From the IMG/VR virus record IMGVR_UViG_3300021379_000628, positions 1 to 62,696 of that record: a stretch of 62,696 nucleotides of DNA; one strand, given 5' to 3'. Shown here one piece after another: positions 1-10,296 of this stretch. How positions within the stretch are numbered: the first letter of the stretch is position 1; every line of letters starts with the position of its first letter. A program made the position numbers and the translations under genes. A model generated the notes under the pieces. That model was given only the letters and a program-made list of their open reading frames with translations. It ran no database searches and was not told the origin of the DNA. Source of the DNA: a virus. Lineage: Duplodnaviria > Caudoviricetes.

Positions 1-139
1 TTCAGCAGAGTAGATAGCGTCTTTATCTATAAGTGCTCTACTAACTTTATTCTCTTGAAACACTGTTAGGTTTGTATCTTCAGCATATAACTTCTGTATA
101 CTACCATAGCCAGGGTCCACGCTTTTAGTTATAGCATCA
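1..139. repeat. Terminal direct repeat (circular assembly overlap), copy 1
   Basis: 1-139 is identical to 62558-62696 except A127 vs C62684 (synonymous Thr codon on the - strand); an ORF reads in frame across the junction. Confidence 0.95.
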
Positions 140-453
140 CCAACTGAAAACACGTTAGAATTGTTAACACCTGTTTTTGAATTGAATATACCAGAATATA
201 TAAGACCATTTTTTAATTGTTGAGAACTAGTATCATCTTCAACTATAGAAGCTCTAACACCGTAGTCTACGTTTGTATTATTATAACCACCGCGAATACG
301 AGCTTCTTCCAAATACCACATTACACCATCAGCATTAAGCGTACCTGAATTATTAGGAGAACCACCCAGCCAATTTGGAAATGTATTCACATTAGCAGCG
401 GTTTGTAGTCTTTTCAAAACGAAAGAATTAAAGTAAGGTACTTCTATCGCCAT
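1..453 (-). CDS. 5' part of a tail stabilization/muzzle-type protein that continues across the circular junction into 62557..61595 (about 471 aa in total)
   Basis: ATG at 453 reads MAIEVPYFNSF...WYLEEARIRGGYN...YSGIFNSKTGVNN...SVDPGYGSIQK with no stop and joins in frame with the 61595 ORF. Confidence 0.8.
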   Translation of the reverse strand, partial: MAIEVPYFNSFVLKRLQTAANVNTFPNWLGGSPNNSGTLNADGVMWYLEEARIRGGYNNTNVDYGVRASIVEDDTSSQQLKNGLIYSGIFNSKTGVNNSNVFSVGDAITKSVDPGYGSIQKLYAEDTNLTVFQENKVSRALIDKDAIYSAE

Positions 454-491
454 AATTTATTATTACACTATTATATAAATTATTACTATTA

Positions 492-3400
492 TTAAGGACA
501 TGTGTAAGTAAAACCGCCAACATCTACAACATCTAGTTCTATTCTATCAAAACCGGTTCCGGAATCAGGATCATTTGGAGAACAAGTTCTATCAGAATCT
601 ATTTGATTTATAATAACTCTCCATTCGTAATAAGGATCTTGAGCAGTACCAGCTTGAGGATCTATAGCTGTTGTAGCTGAAGGTATATAAACAGATGTAC
701 TAGAGCTATCGCTTATTACTGATATACTTCCGCTTCCATTACCACCAGCGTAAGTTTGCCAAGTACTTGATGGCGCACCAACTTCTTTATATTGAATCCA
801 ATAGTCAGTGCTTAAGCCAGTGAACGTGCCAAAAGGATTTTCGCAGTCTGCAAACAATTGCAGTTTAAACCTCATTTGTCCTTTTTGATGCCCTTGTTCG
901 GTTCCATCAACATTGTTTCTATGTATACCTGTAACAAGCGAATAAGTGCCACTTGGCAAATTATTAGTATACTCAGCAGGATCACCTTCACCTGATGTAT
1001 TAGCACCAAAATATTGTACAAAAGTTCTATTTGGACTAGATGACGTTGTAACAAGACCTCCCCATGGATTTGGACAAGGTTTAATATTTAAACTATCATC
1101 ACCTATTTGTATTTCTATATCAGGGGTTGTAGCTGATAAAGATCCAACACCTAAATTAGCGTCTTCAACTTTCACTTGGATAGTATATTCTTCACCTTCT
1201 AAACCTTCAACATTTTTAGTTAAAACACCAGTTGTTGAGTTTACAGAGAAAACATTAGTATTAGAACCATCATAGCTCCAAATCTCTTTAACTTTAGTAA
1301 ACACAAGTTGTTGTTTTTGTTCTGAAGTTATAGCGGATCCATTAGATGTGCCGGCAGCTGATAAAAAGTCGTATATATCTGTGTCAGCATCTTCAATGTT
1401 TAAAGCACCTGGATCTTGAATAGTTGGCGTTATATTTTGTAAAAATCCTGTAGAAGTTATAACGCTTTCATAAACATCACCACCACCTTTATCTAAAGTA
1501 ACATTATAAGTAAATGTAAAATCGAATTTTTCACTACTATCTTGAATATATGTAAAGTTCTTTGATGTAAATAAATTAAATGTATTATCTAAATTATCTA
1601 CTAAATAAAAACCGTGGAATGGGACATTATCACCATTAGCATCTTTAACACTAACAAGCTCAGCGGTTACAGTTCCAATACCAACTGTTATAGGTCCTTC
1701 TGAATTAACAAAGTACCAAGGCGTTGTGGTACAGTTGAACGGAGATAAAACTGAAGCAGCATCATCTTCACTTAAACTAAATGAATATGTGGTGTTATCA
1801 ACACCAATAGCTCCATCAAATTGATTTAAAGCGTCTAAATTTAAATCACTTAGCAAACCAGTTGCTGATGTTTCCCAAAATATATCTAACAAAGATATTG
1901 TAGGGTTTGTTTCATATACAGATAAATTTTGTGTTATCGACGTTGTACTATTAGGAAGTCTACCTAAAGTTTCTGTTGATCCAGATGGTGCAAGAGATGA
2001 TATTGTTAGTATTGAAGGATTAGTATTTTGATTATACATACCAAAATAAAAACCTGTAGCAGCACTAGGACTTTGCGGGTAATCAACATCGTAACCAGAG
2101 TCTATAGCTGTAGCTATTTTACTAACTTGATCTGATGCGATACTTGGATACCATTGTATGTTATTCGTAGCTCCAGTAGCTCTCTCTGGTGCAACTCTAC
2201 CAAATAATTTAACGTCACTGCTATATTGCTTTTGATCAGGACCAACTTCAGATAAGTTTCTAGGTACTTTATTTATATTATCATTAATTAAAACACTTTG
2301 TGCTAATTCATCTTGATCATCACTAGTTGATGGTGTGCCGGTATTTAAAAGATAACCACCATTTATAACTAAAGGTAAATAAACATTATAATATTCTTGT
2401 TCGTTTTGTTTTACGACTATTTTATAAGAATACCAACCAAGAGTGTTTATCTCGTAAGCTTCTCTAATAACTGAACTAGATACTGTTTCAGTGTAAATAT
2501 CAGAAATTTCTTCTTCCGTGGTTATAATTGTATTTGGAGAACTCCAAGTAACATCAGTTACTTTAGTATAGTCAATGTATTTACCTCTTAAGTAATCACC
2601 TTCTAATACTTTAGAGCTAATGTTTTGGTTTATAGTATACGTGGTCGAAGTTTTACTTGTTACATAAGGAGTAGAACTGCCAGTATTGTATAAATCCCAA
2701 GATTTGTTACCATTATTTGAACTAGCATATAAACCAGGATAGTCGCTCTGTGCGTTGGTTTCTATAGGAGAGTCTAGCGTAAATCTTAACGCATCACCTT
2801 CCCACCACTCAACTGGGTTTCCTTCGTAAGTTACCCCATCTACATCTGTAAAAAATATACTATTTTTATAACTATTAAAAACAGTAGAACCAGCACCATC
2901 AGTTTGAGCATCTTTACGAGATAATAAAACAGAAGTACTTCTACCATACCTATCGGAAAGTATAAGTCCTACCTGGTAAGTTCTATTTTGTTTTAAGCTA
3001 TGACTTGGATACTGTGCTGTTGTAGTAAATCTAGCAAAGTCTTTCGGTAAAGCAGAAACATAATAATCTGGTAAAGCTGTTGGAGGATTGTTTTTATCTT
3101 TATAATTACCATAAACAACTCTATTACTTATAACCTCTTGAGTTTTAGCTGTTATAGGCACTCTATCGTATACTCTAACTATTTCTTTTTCTGGAAGAGT
3201 TTTATATGGTTTTTTCGATGTATAATTAAATGTATACAAATTATCTTCTCCAACTATACTGCTTGACGTAATATTTGAAGATACTATAGTACTCATTACT
3301 TTTAAAGCTAATGAATCAGACTCTTTGTATAGAATATCTATTTCTTTAATTTTAAACCTATTACTACCCCAGTTGTCATCGCCTTCTGTATTAGAAGGTA

Positions 3401-4676
3401 ATGGTATCCTAAGACCAACTTCTTGTATAAAGTTTTCAAAAAAGCTAACTACAGATGACTTGTAGGTTTGCGTCTCATCATCTACTTGGAAATAACCAAA
3501 TTGCTTTGGTATAAAAATAGGTTGAGTAAACGGCGCTATTAATGAATATTGATTATCATCAAATTTAAATCTATAACTAAATCTTATAAATTTATCTTCA
3601 AGAAAATCAGAATCACCTTGCCATGTACTATCGTAATTAGGATTTTGAATAGAGCCTGTTGATTTGTTGTAACTATCTAAAAACTCTTCAGTTCTATTGA
3701 TCATTGTAGATCTTCTAAATACTACTTCATCGCCGTTTGCCATGATAGTATTAGCGTTAAAAGCTCTATCTAAAGTTACCGTTGGATTAGCAAACGATTT
3801 TACTCTACCAACCTGCTTAGTTCCAGAAACAACATAATCACCTACTTTAATATCGTGAGGTGGCGCTACAGTGAAAGTAATATCACCAACAGCTATAGAA
3901 GCACTAGTCACTGTTGTTTCATGCTCTTCTAATAAACTTATAGGTTTAAATGGAGCAAACTTAGCTACAGAAACATGGTCTTCATTAGTGTAGTAAGTAT
4001 ATGGTTTAGATACGTTTAAAACTCTAGGTTGGTTTCTGTTGTCAGTGAAGAATAATAAATCCTCAAGTAGGTTTACACCACTAATAAAATTTTGTTTTGA
4101 GAAGTTTAAAAAAGCGCCTTCAGCTTTCTTGGTTATCGGTGAAGAGTCTGAAAAGTTATATGTATGAATAAAACAATTTGCGTATGGATCTACTTGAGTA
4201 CCCACAGGCACATCTTGATCTGTTGAGAATATATATAAATTGTTTGTAGCTTCATCTGAATAATAACCTATAATATCTACAACAGGTCTAAATTCTACCG
4301 TATCACCAGGATTACCCACAGCTGTTCTATCTATTATTACATCAAAATCACCAGGAAGATATTCAACTACAATACCTATAAGAACATCATTGATATAAAC
4401 CTCATCACCAGCTTTTATACCAACTGGAGCTGTTGTAATATATATATCAGTTGTATCACAGTAATCAACAGTAGCTGTTATAAGCAAACTTTCTTCTTCA
4501 AAAATATCAAATAAAAGTTCGTTACCTTTTATATTTTCTACAGCTCCTACGTCAGCACCTTCAGATTTGCTGATTGAAACGTTCATTGCATCTCTATATT
4601 CTCCAGACGGCAATAATCTTGCGTCCAGGTCCTTATTCATCTTAGACTTGATGAAAGCGTTTTTTACTTCAGCCAT
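492..4676 (-). CDS. Tail stabilization/muzzle-like structural protein with C-terminal cadherin/Ig-like segment
   Basis: N-terminus MNKDLDARLLPSGEYRDAMN and LFFTDNRNQPR are typical of crAss-like/podovirus stabilization proteins; follows the ring genes; FSVNSTTGVLT..YTIQVKVED is cadherin-like. Confidence 0.7.
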   Translation of the reverse strand: MAEVKNAFIKSKMNKDLDARLLPSGEYRDAMNVSISKSEGADVGAVENIKGNELLFDIFEEESLLITATVDYCDTTDIYITTAPVGIKAGDEVYINDVLIGIVVEYLPGDFDVIIDRTAVGNPGDTVEFRPVVDIIGYYSDEATNNLYIFSTDQDVPVGTQVDPYANCFIHTYNFSDSSPITKKAEGAFLNFSKQNFISGVNLLEDLLFFTDNRNQPRVLNVSKPYTYYTNEDHVSVAKFAPFKPISLLEEHETTVTSASIAVGDITFTVAPPHDIKVGDYVVSGTKQVGRVKSFANPTVTLDRAFNANTIMANGDEVVFRRSTMINRTEEFLDSYNKSTGSIQNPNYDSTWQGDSDFLEDKFIRFSYRFKFDDNQYSLIAPFTQPIFIPKQFGYFQVDDETQTYKSSVVSFFENFIQEVGLRIPLPSNTEGDDNWGSNRFKIKEIDILYKESDSLALKVMSTIVSSNITSSSIVGEDNLYTFNYTSKKPYKTLPEKEIVRVYDRVPITAKTQEVISNRVVYGNYKDKNNPPTALPDYYVSALPKDFARFTTTAQYPSHSLKQNRTYQVGLILSDRYGRSTSVLLSRKDAQTDGAGSTVFNSYKNSIFFTDVDGVTYEGNPVEWWEGDALRFTLDSPIETNAQSDYPGLYASSNNGNKSWDLYNTGSSTPYVTSKTSTTYTINQNISSKVLEGDYLRGKYIDYTKVTDVTWSSPNTIITTEEEISDIYTETVSSSVIREAYEINTLGWYSYKIVVKQNEQEYYNVYLPLVINGGYLLNTGTPSTSDDQDELAQSVLINDNINKVPRNLSEVGPDQKQYSSDVKLFGRVAPERATGATNNIQWYPSIASDQVSKIATAIDSGYDVDYPQSPSAATGFYFGMYNQNTNPSILTISSLAPSGSTETLGRLPNSTTSITQNLSVYETNPTISLLDIFWETSATGLLSDLNLDALNQFDGAIGVDNTTYSFSLSEDDAASVLSPFNCTTTPWYFVNSEGPITVGIGTVTAELVSVKDANGDNVPFHGFYLVDNLDNTFNLFTSKNFTYIQDSSEKFDFTFTYNVTLDKGGGDVYESVITSTGFLQNITPTIQDPGALNIEDADTDIYDFLSAAGTSNGSAITSEQKQQLVFTKVKEIWSYDGSNTNVFSVNSTTGVLTKNVEGLEGEEYTIQVKVEDANLGVGSLSATTPDIEIQIGDDSLNIKPCPNPWGGLVTTSSSPNRTFVQYFGANTSGEGDPAEYTNNLPSGTYSLVTGIHRNNVDGTEQGHQKGQMRFKLQLFADCENPFGTFTGLSTDYWIQYKEVGAPSSTWQTYAGGNGSGSISVISDSSSTSVYIPSATTAIDPQAGTAQDPYYEWRVIINQIDSDRTCSPNDPDSGTGFDRIELDVVDVGGFTYTCP

Positions 4677-4682
4677 TTAATT

Positions 4683-5885
4683 TTAGTGTTTAATCCATTT
4701 AGATTTACCACGCATAGTTTGGATAAGCTCATTAAGTTTAATATTTGAAAGTCTAAGTTTAGCGTTTCTAATCTTAGCGCTTTTCTCTTTCTTAAGTCTT
4801 TGAACTATATACTCAGGTTGATTTATTCTTGTAGATATAATAGCATGCAATATCGATGCATACATTGCTTCTTCAGCGAGTTTAGGCACTTTGGTATCTA
4901 GGTCAGTTGATAAACCATCAGAGATGTATTCAAAAGTAATTAGTTTGCCAACTAGATTAGCAGAGAAAGATATTTTACCTTCTCTATCATTTATAGTAAA
5001 ATAACCATTTGCATTAGCGTATCTTGGGTCCATACCATATTGTTGTCCATAAAATGGATCACCCCAGCCATAACCGTACTCCCATGTTTCAATAATGTTA
5101 TCGATGTTTCTTTCTTCACCAAGTACATTATCTCGCCATCTTAGCTCGGCTATAGAAGTACCACTAGTATTATTATCGAAGTTATCCTGCATAGGTATAC
5201 CTTCAGAATCTTGAAGCGGTTGGGTGTATGGGTTGCTAGTTAGGTTTGTTGGTAGTATAATATGCTTAACGCCCTGGTTATCAAACCAATAGAAGTTAAC
5301 ATAGTTAACATAATCTTGGGGCATAACAACGCTTAAGTTGTGTGGTATGTTTAGCTCTTGAGATTTTATAGCTTTAAGTGTATCATAGCTAAGTTCTTGC
5401 ATAGCACGCTTAGCATGGAATATAACATCAGTTCTTTTTACAGATGGTATTAATTTATCTTGACCTACATAAGCTATCAAGAAATTGTTAATAATATCAT
5501 CTAACTTAGTATAAGCATAAGATCCATAGTTTTGCTCAACTACAGAACCATAGGCTTTATCTTGAGTAGTGTTACCATATTGACCACCATCTAATCTTCT
5601 TAACTGAACAACTATAAAAAGTCCGTCAGTTGGAGCAGTGTCAAATGTTATAATATTATTTGCAACTGAATAATCAGCTACAACTTCAGTCCAAGTACCA
5701 GGTATACCATTTGGACTAGTATATAACTTAAAGTTATTTCTTTGATAGTTTACATCAGTTTGCTCTGCAGCTCCAAAAACTAAATCAGTATCAAATGTAG
5801 CTGTAAAACTAACAGTTGTTCCATCGCCTCTAAAGCCCTGAGCGCCTTCGTAATATTGTCTATTGTTTTCTGTTAGTAAAGCCAT
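4683..5885 (-). CDS. Structural head-tail connector/tail ring protein
   Basis: Lies between capsid and stabilization genes; MPQDYVNYV motif of adaptor/ring proteins. Confidence 0.55.
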   Translation of the reverse strand: MALLTENNRQYYEGAQGFRGDGTTVSFTATFDTDLVFGAAEQTDVNYQRNNFKLYTSPNGIPGTWTEVVADYSVANNIITFDTAPTDGLFIVVQLRRLDGGQYGNTTQDKAYGSVVEQNYGSYAYTKLDDIINNFLIAYVGQDKLIPSVKRTDVIFHAKRAMQELSYDTLKAIKSQELNIPHNLSVVMPQDYVNYVNFYWFDNQGVKHIILPTNLTSNPYTQPLQDSEGIPMQDNFDNNTSGTSIAELRWRDNVLGEERNIDNIIETWEYGYGWGDPFYGQQYGMDPRYANANGYFTINDREGKISFSANLVGKLITFEYISDGLSTDLDTKVPKLAEEAMYASILHAIISTRINQPEYIVQRLKKEKSAKIRNAKLRLSNIKLNELIQTMRGKSKWIKH

Positions 5886-5888
5886 TTA

Positions 5889-6653
5889 TTAACTTTTTTG
5901 ATTCATTTCGTTTTGTGCTATTTCACTAGCAGCAGCTTGTACTATTTGTGGGTCTCTTATAACTATACCAGAGTATTGTAGTATTCTTAATATAACTTCA
6001 ACTTGCTCTGATGGTAATAATTCAAAACTTGTAGATGTTGTTGAGTTGTAGGTATATTGACCTAAACTACCAACAGTGTATCCCCAAACAACGTCTTTAG
6101 GTTTACGTACAAATGAAGCAACTATATCACTTTGTATAGACGTAGGTCTTACAGTTATTTTACCTCCTTCGTATAAGTAAGTTGGGAAAGATGTCGTTGA
6201 TTTTGTTAGTTGTGATTTTTGTATATTGTAAAAATCAAACCTTTGAAGTCGCTGTAATTCTATAGGATCAGTATTTGTAGGTTCATAAGTTACAGCACCT
6301 AATTTATAAAAAGAAACTTGATCGCTACTTGCTGGAGCATCATTATATATTATAGTAAGCCCAGAAATATCATCAAGTGTTGGTAATGAAAAACTTCCAG
6401 CTGAATAAGTACAAGAACCAATACCTTTGAATGTAGCTAGTTTTTCATCTATAGAACTTTGTCTATCAGCGTAATCAATGTCAACCTGTGGAACACGTAG
6501 TTGTTGATTTAAATCATCAAAGTATTGTTCAAATATATCTAATTGAACCTGTGTTGCTGTTTTATTGAACTCGTTAGGTGTCATATAACCTCTCTGTTCT
6601 TTGTTCAATATAAGCAAAACGGTTTGATACACATTGTTTACGTTTATTGCCAT
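5889..6653 (-). CDS. Tail tubular/ring (head-tail adaptor) protein
   Basis: NKEQRGYMTPNEFN N-terminus and synteny as in crAss-like ring proteins. Confidence 0.6.
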   Translation of the reverse strand: MAINVNNVYQTVLLILNKEQRGYMTPNEFNKTATQVQLDIFEQYFDDLNQQLRVPQVDIDYADRQSSIDEKLATFKGIGSCTYSAGSFSLPTLDDISGLTIIYNDAPASSDQVSFYKLGAVTYEPTNTDPIELQRLQRFDFYNIQKSQLTKSTTSFPTYLYEGGKITVRPTSIQSDIVASFVRKPKDVVWGYTVGSLGQYTYNSTTSTSFELLPSEQVEVILRILQYSGIVIRDPQIVQAAASEIAQNEMNQKS

Positions 6654-6674
6654 TTATATTTTTATTTAAATATA

Positions 6675-6696
6675 AGGGCCCGAGTGAACGAGCCCT
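6675..6696 (-). terminator. GC-rich hairpin (terminator or 5' stabilising stem)
   Basis: AGGGCTCG-TTCACT-CGGGCCCT on the - strand in an intergenic gap. Confidence 0.5.
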
Positions 6697-6714
6697 ATAT
6701 ACTATTGTTACATG

Positions 6715-7485
6715 TTATTTAAGTTTTTTCTCTATAGACTTAAAGACTTCTACACCTTCATCAGTCTTAAAGAAAGCAGCCATCGCTGAGTATGGATTTT
6801 CATCAAATGGTACATTCATAAGTTTCTTACCATTAGATGACCACATGAACGATCTTTGATCATCAGCTAGCGAAATAATCTTAGCTTCAGTTGCTTTGAT
6901 AGCAAAGTTTCTAAGCTGTACATTGTCATCGTTTGCAAGTTCTATAAACAATGCTGGATTTTTCCTGGCAAATATTAATAGATCTCGTTTAACTTCTTTA
7001 GAAGACATTTGATTTACTTTACTTCCAACTTCAACTCTTAGTATAGCTTCTGCTTGATCAATATCCATAGTTCTAGCAGCGTTAAGAGCATCAATCTGAA
7101 GTTCCATAACATCTAGTTCGTCTTCAGCTTCTACTACAGCATTATATTCTGTATATCGTATGTTTTTTAACGGGTGATATAATGAAAGTAGTTTTTGTAG
7201 TGCTTGATGTTCTTTTGAAACAAACAAAGCACCGTCTTTAAATAAAATAGTACCTAATGTAACTTCACCATATTGATCTTCAACAAACGGAGAAGACATA
7301 TTTGTAGCGTACCTTAATTCTTTTTGTTCGTTAGTTTCGGGATCAAACCACAATAATGGAAACTTTCTACTGTGTCTAGCCGGTATCCTAAGAGTTAGTG
7401 GTTTATATTTTCCTTTAACGAAGTATGTTCTATCTTTAATTTCCCAGCCTTGTTCAACGCTAGGAACTTCTTTTGTTTTTGCCAT
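6715..7485 (-). CDS. Conserved-type hypothetical protein downstream of the capsid gene
   Basis: 256-aa ORF with AT-rich start context in the structural operon. Confidence 0.6.
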   Translation of the reverse strand: MAKTKEVPSVEQGWEIKDRTYFVKGKYKPLTLRIPARHSRKFPLLWFDPETNEQKELRYATNMSSPFVEDQYGEVTLGTILFKDGALFVSKEHQALQKLLSLYHPLKNIRYTEYNAVVEAEDELDVMELQIDALNAARTMDIDQAEAILRVEVGSKVNQMSSKEVKRDLLIFARKNPALFIELANDDNVQLRNFAIKATEAKIISLADDQRSFMWSSNGKKLMNVPFDENPYSAMAAFFKTDEGVEVFKSIEKKLK

Positions 7486-7514
7486 GATATAATATAATAA
7501 AAATGTTAATAAAA

Positions 7515-7556
7515 GTAAGAATTACCCCCGTCGATAAGACGAGGGTAAAAACTTAC
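7515..7556 (-). terminator. Intrinsic terminator/hairpin after the major capsid gene
   Basis: GTAAG..TTACCCTCGTC-TTATC-GACGGGGGTAA..CTTAC followed by TTTT on the - strand. Confidence 0.7.
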
Positions 7557-7572
7557 ATAATTTACCTACTTA

Positions 7573-9033
7573 CTAGGCAGCTGTAAACAACACAAAGTTG
7601 TTAGCACCTTGTACACATAAACATCTTTCAGAAAGGAAGTTTACTTCCATAGCGTCAAGATCAGATGTAGCAGCACCACCAACAGATCCAGTCAACCAAG
7701 ACTTCATACGACGATCGTCAGTTTGAGACGCTCTATATCGTACGTGTAAGAATGGGCGACGGATGTTAGTACCAAGAATTTGATCGTAAACAGTTGAAGT
7801 ACCAGCAGGAACTAGTACACCATCGATAGCGTAAACAGGAGCGGCAGTTGCAGCAGCTTCAACAAAACCTCCACGAGTAGAAGCATCGTTCAAGTATTTC
7901 CAGTCAGTTTTGTAGAAATCGTAAGAACCACGACGGAAACCAGAGAAACCTAGGTTAAGAGCCATGTCTTCAGAGTTTTCAAACAAACCGTAAGCAGAAC
8001 CAGCACCAGCGTTACCACCGTTCAAACCAGCAAGCATATCGTCGATAGTCAAAGAAGTTTCACGATTCAAGAAAAGCATGTTTTCTTCAATAGCTCCTTG
8101 AGTATCTAGGTTTTTAAGGATAAGGTCAAACTGAGCAAGAGCGTTAGCAGAAGTTAATCCAGCAAATCCAGTTTCAACGTTACCACGAGAGTTAACGGCA
8201 GCGAAGAGACCTTCAGTACCTTTGTACCCAGCAGTTTCAGCACCAGAAGAACCAGCAGCTAATTCACCTTCAACAACACTCATTTCAAGATAATCTTCGA
8301 AACGTAAACGAGTTTCAGACTCAGCTTTCAAATACCAAAGGTATCCAGAAGTTCCGTCTTCAGTAGCAACTTCAACCCAACCGATTTGAGCAGCATCAGA
8401 ACCAGAAACAACATATTTGTTACGGATAATGATTGGAGAGTTAGAGTATTGAGTGAAATCAGGGTCAATACTTACATAACCGTTAAATGCTCCAGTTGTA
8501 GCAGTGTTATTAGGAGTAGAAGAACCTTTAGCATATTCAGATCCATAAACGAAGATCTTAACAGTAGCAGCCAAACCAGATAGATCAGCAGATCCGTAAG
8601 GAGCTACAGTCAAAACACCAGTAGTTTGGTTTGATCCGGTAACAACAGCTTTAGCTTCAGCTCCAAGAGCATCTACAATTACGATTGTTTGACCAACTGA
8701 GATTACGTTTCTTACTGTAGCAGAAACAGGGATAGTTACAGTGTTAGCAACACCACCGTTAGTACAGTCAGAATAAGAGATATGCAAACGATTTTGCTCA
8801 GACCAGATAACTTGGTCAGAAGTCATAGGCATTTCAGCACCTACCATACGCAAGAATCCAGAGAGAGTACGGTTTCCGTAACGCTCTACTTCAGCAGCGT
8901 ATACTTCAGGTAGATATTGTTGAGCGAAAGTGTCAGTACCACTAGCGCTGTCGTTAAACTTTAGATAGTTGCTATCCAAAAGTTGTTGTTTTTGAGATGG
9001 GACGATGTCACCAAATAAAGGACTTAAAGCCAT
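7573..9033 (-). CDS. Major capsid protein
   Basis: 486 aa after portal and scaffold, strongly biased codon usage, followed by a strong terminator; resembles crAss-like/Bacteroidota-phage MCPs. Confidence 0.8.
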   Translation of the reverse strand: MALSPLFGDIVPSQKQQLLDSNYLKFNDSASGTDTFAQQYLPEVYAAEVERYGNRTLSGFLRMVGAEMPMTSDQVIWSEQNRLHISYSDCTNGGVANTVTIPVSATVRNVISVGQTIVIVDALGAEAKAVVTGSNQTTGVLTVAPYGSADLSGLAATVKIFVYGSEYAKGSSTPNNTATTGAFNGYVSIDPDFTQYSNSPIIIRNKYVVSGSDAAQIGWVEVATEDGTSGYLWYLKAESETRLRFEDYLEMSVVEGELAAGSSGAETAGYKGTEGLFAAVNSRGNVETGFAGLTSANALAQFDLILKNLDTQGAIEENMLFLNRETSLTIDDMLAGLNGGNAGAGSAYGLFENSEDMALNLGFSGFRRGSYDFYKTDWKYLNDASTRGGFVEAAATAAPVYAIDGVLVPAGTSTVYDQILGTNIRRPFLHVRYRASQTDDRRMKSWLTGSVGGAATSDLDAMEVNFLSERCLCVQGANNFVLFTAA

Positions 9034-9051
9034 TGTAATAAATTTTTAAAG

Positions 9052-10263
9052 TTATTTTCTAGTTTTTATTTTTAACCTTGAAGAATCAACACCGTTAATA
9101 GCCTTTACCCTAAAACCTCCAATCGAAATATCACCAGCAGCGGTTGCTCGTGGTTCAGTTGAAATGTTTTTTGATTTAGCAACTACATCTTTAACAGCAT
9201 CAGCTTTGCCTTGCTCGTAAAAATGTTGCGCTATAGTATCAGCATTTCTGGCTGCGTATAAAGCTTTGTGGTATCCTTGCATATCTGTTATTTCATTTTT
9301 TTCATTCAAGAACGTCTTGATAAAATTTGTAATATCAGATTGAGCATCTGCCACTTGACTTGGGTTTTTAATACCGTATCTAAACTTCTTCTCTCCGACA
9401 TTGAAATCAAAACCTTTGAAATCATCGTTTAGAAGACTCTTTGTACGATTAATAAAACTCTCGTGTTGTTGCTTTACAGCTTGTTGCTCTTCATTATATC
9501 TATTGAAAAAGTCCATCGCTTTTTGTTGGTCTTGAGTTACGCCTGGTCTCAACTTGATCTCATCGTAGTATTTACTCTTTAAACCATCTAAAAAGTTACG
9601 GGCTTTTGCAACTTCTTCTTTAAACGCAAGTTTTGCCCTGCGTATATCTTTCTCATCATCTAGCTCTTCATCATATGAAAAATCTTCTAGTAGAATATTC
9701 ACATCTTCAGCATCTAAATGAGGTTTAGTTTGTTTATAATATTCTCTAAGTAGTGTTGTACCATCTATATTAGAGTAATCAGCATTTAGTCGAACGTAAT
9801 CTTCGACTGTACCACCAGTTTCCTCCATAAAAGAAACTAGTTTTTCAATATTTTCAGGAAGAGGTTTACCTGTTTGTTGACTTTCTTTTACAGCTTCAAC
9901 AACTTGTTTTTCAGTTACTTCTTCTTCTTGCAGATCTTCGATAGCGGTGAGGGGAGACTCGACATTTGAGTCGGAGGCCCGTACTTCTTCAACCACTTCT
10001 TTGCTGTCGCTACTGTTTTCGGGTTGTCCGACAGTATCATCGCTTGCATCTGCGATTCGTTTTTGAACGGCATTTTCTTCTTCTTCTTTTTTATCTATTT
10101 GTACTTTAATAACTTCAGGATCTACTTCTCCTTGAGCTTCTTTAGCTGTATTTGGTATTTCTACCTTTGTCATAGATTCTGAAGCTTTACTTAAGTCTTT
10201 AGGTTTTTTTACAGTTTTACCTTTAAGAGAAAACTCCCCTTCTTTTTTTACTTCTTCTGACAT
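9052..10263 (-). CDS. Putative capsid scaffolding protein
   Basis: Acidic low-complexity N-terminal half, helical C-terminal half, located between portal and MCP. Confidence 0.55.
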   Translation of the reverse strand: MSEEVKKEGEFSLKGKTVKKPKDLSKASESMTKVEIPNTAKEAQGEVDPEVIKVQIDKKEEEENAVQKRIADASDDTVGQPENSSDSKEVVEEVRASDSNVESPLTAIEDLQEEEVTEKQVVEAVKESQQTGKPLPENIEKLVSFMEETGGTVEDYVRLNADYSNIDGTTLLREYYKQTKPHLDAEDVNILLEDFSYDEELDDEKDIRRAKLAFKEEVAKARNFLDGLKSKYYDEIKLRPGVTQDQQKAMDFFNRYNEEQQAVKQQHESFINRTKSLLNDDFKGFDFNVGEKKFRYGIKNPSQVADAQSDITNFIKTFLNEKNEITDMQGYHKALYAARNADTIAQHFYEQGKADAVKDVVAKSKNISTEPRATAAGDISIGGFRVKAINGVDSSRLKIKTRK

Positions 10264-10296
10264 GATATGATAATATAAAATTAATAAAAATTATTT

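Noticed and set aside
1-139. End repeat as a biological direct terminal repeat
   Set aside because: It falls mid-gene and the ORF reads through the junction, so it is best explained as an assembler circular overlap.
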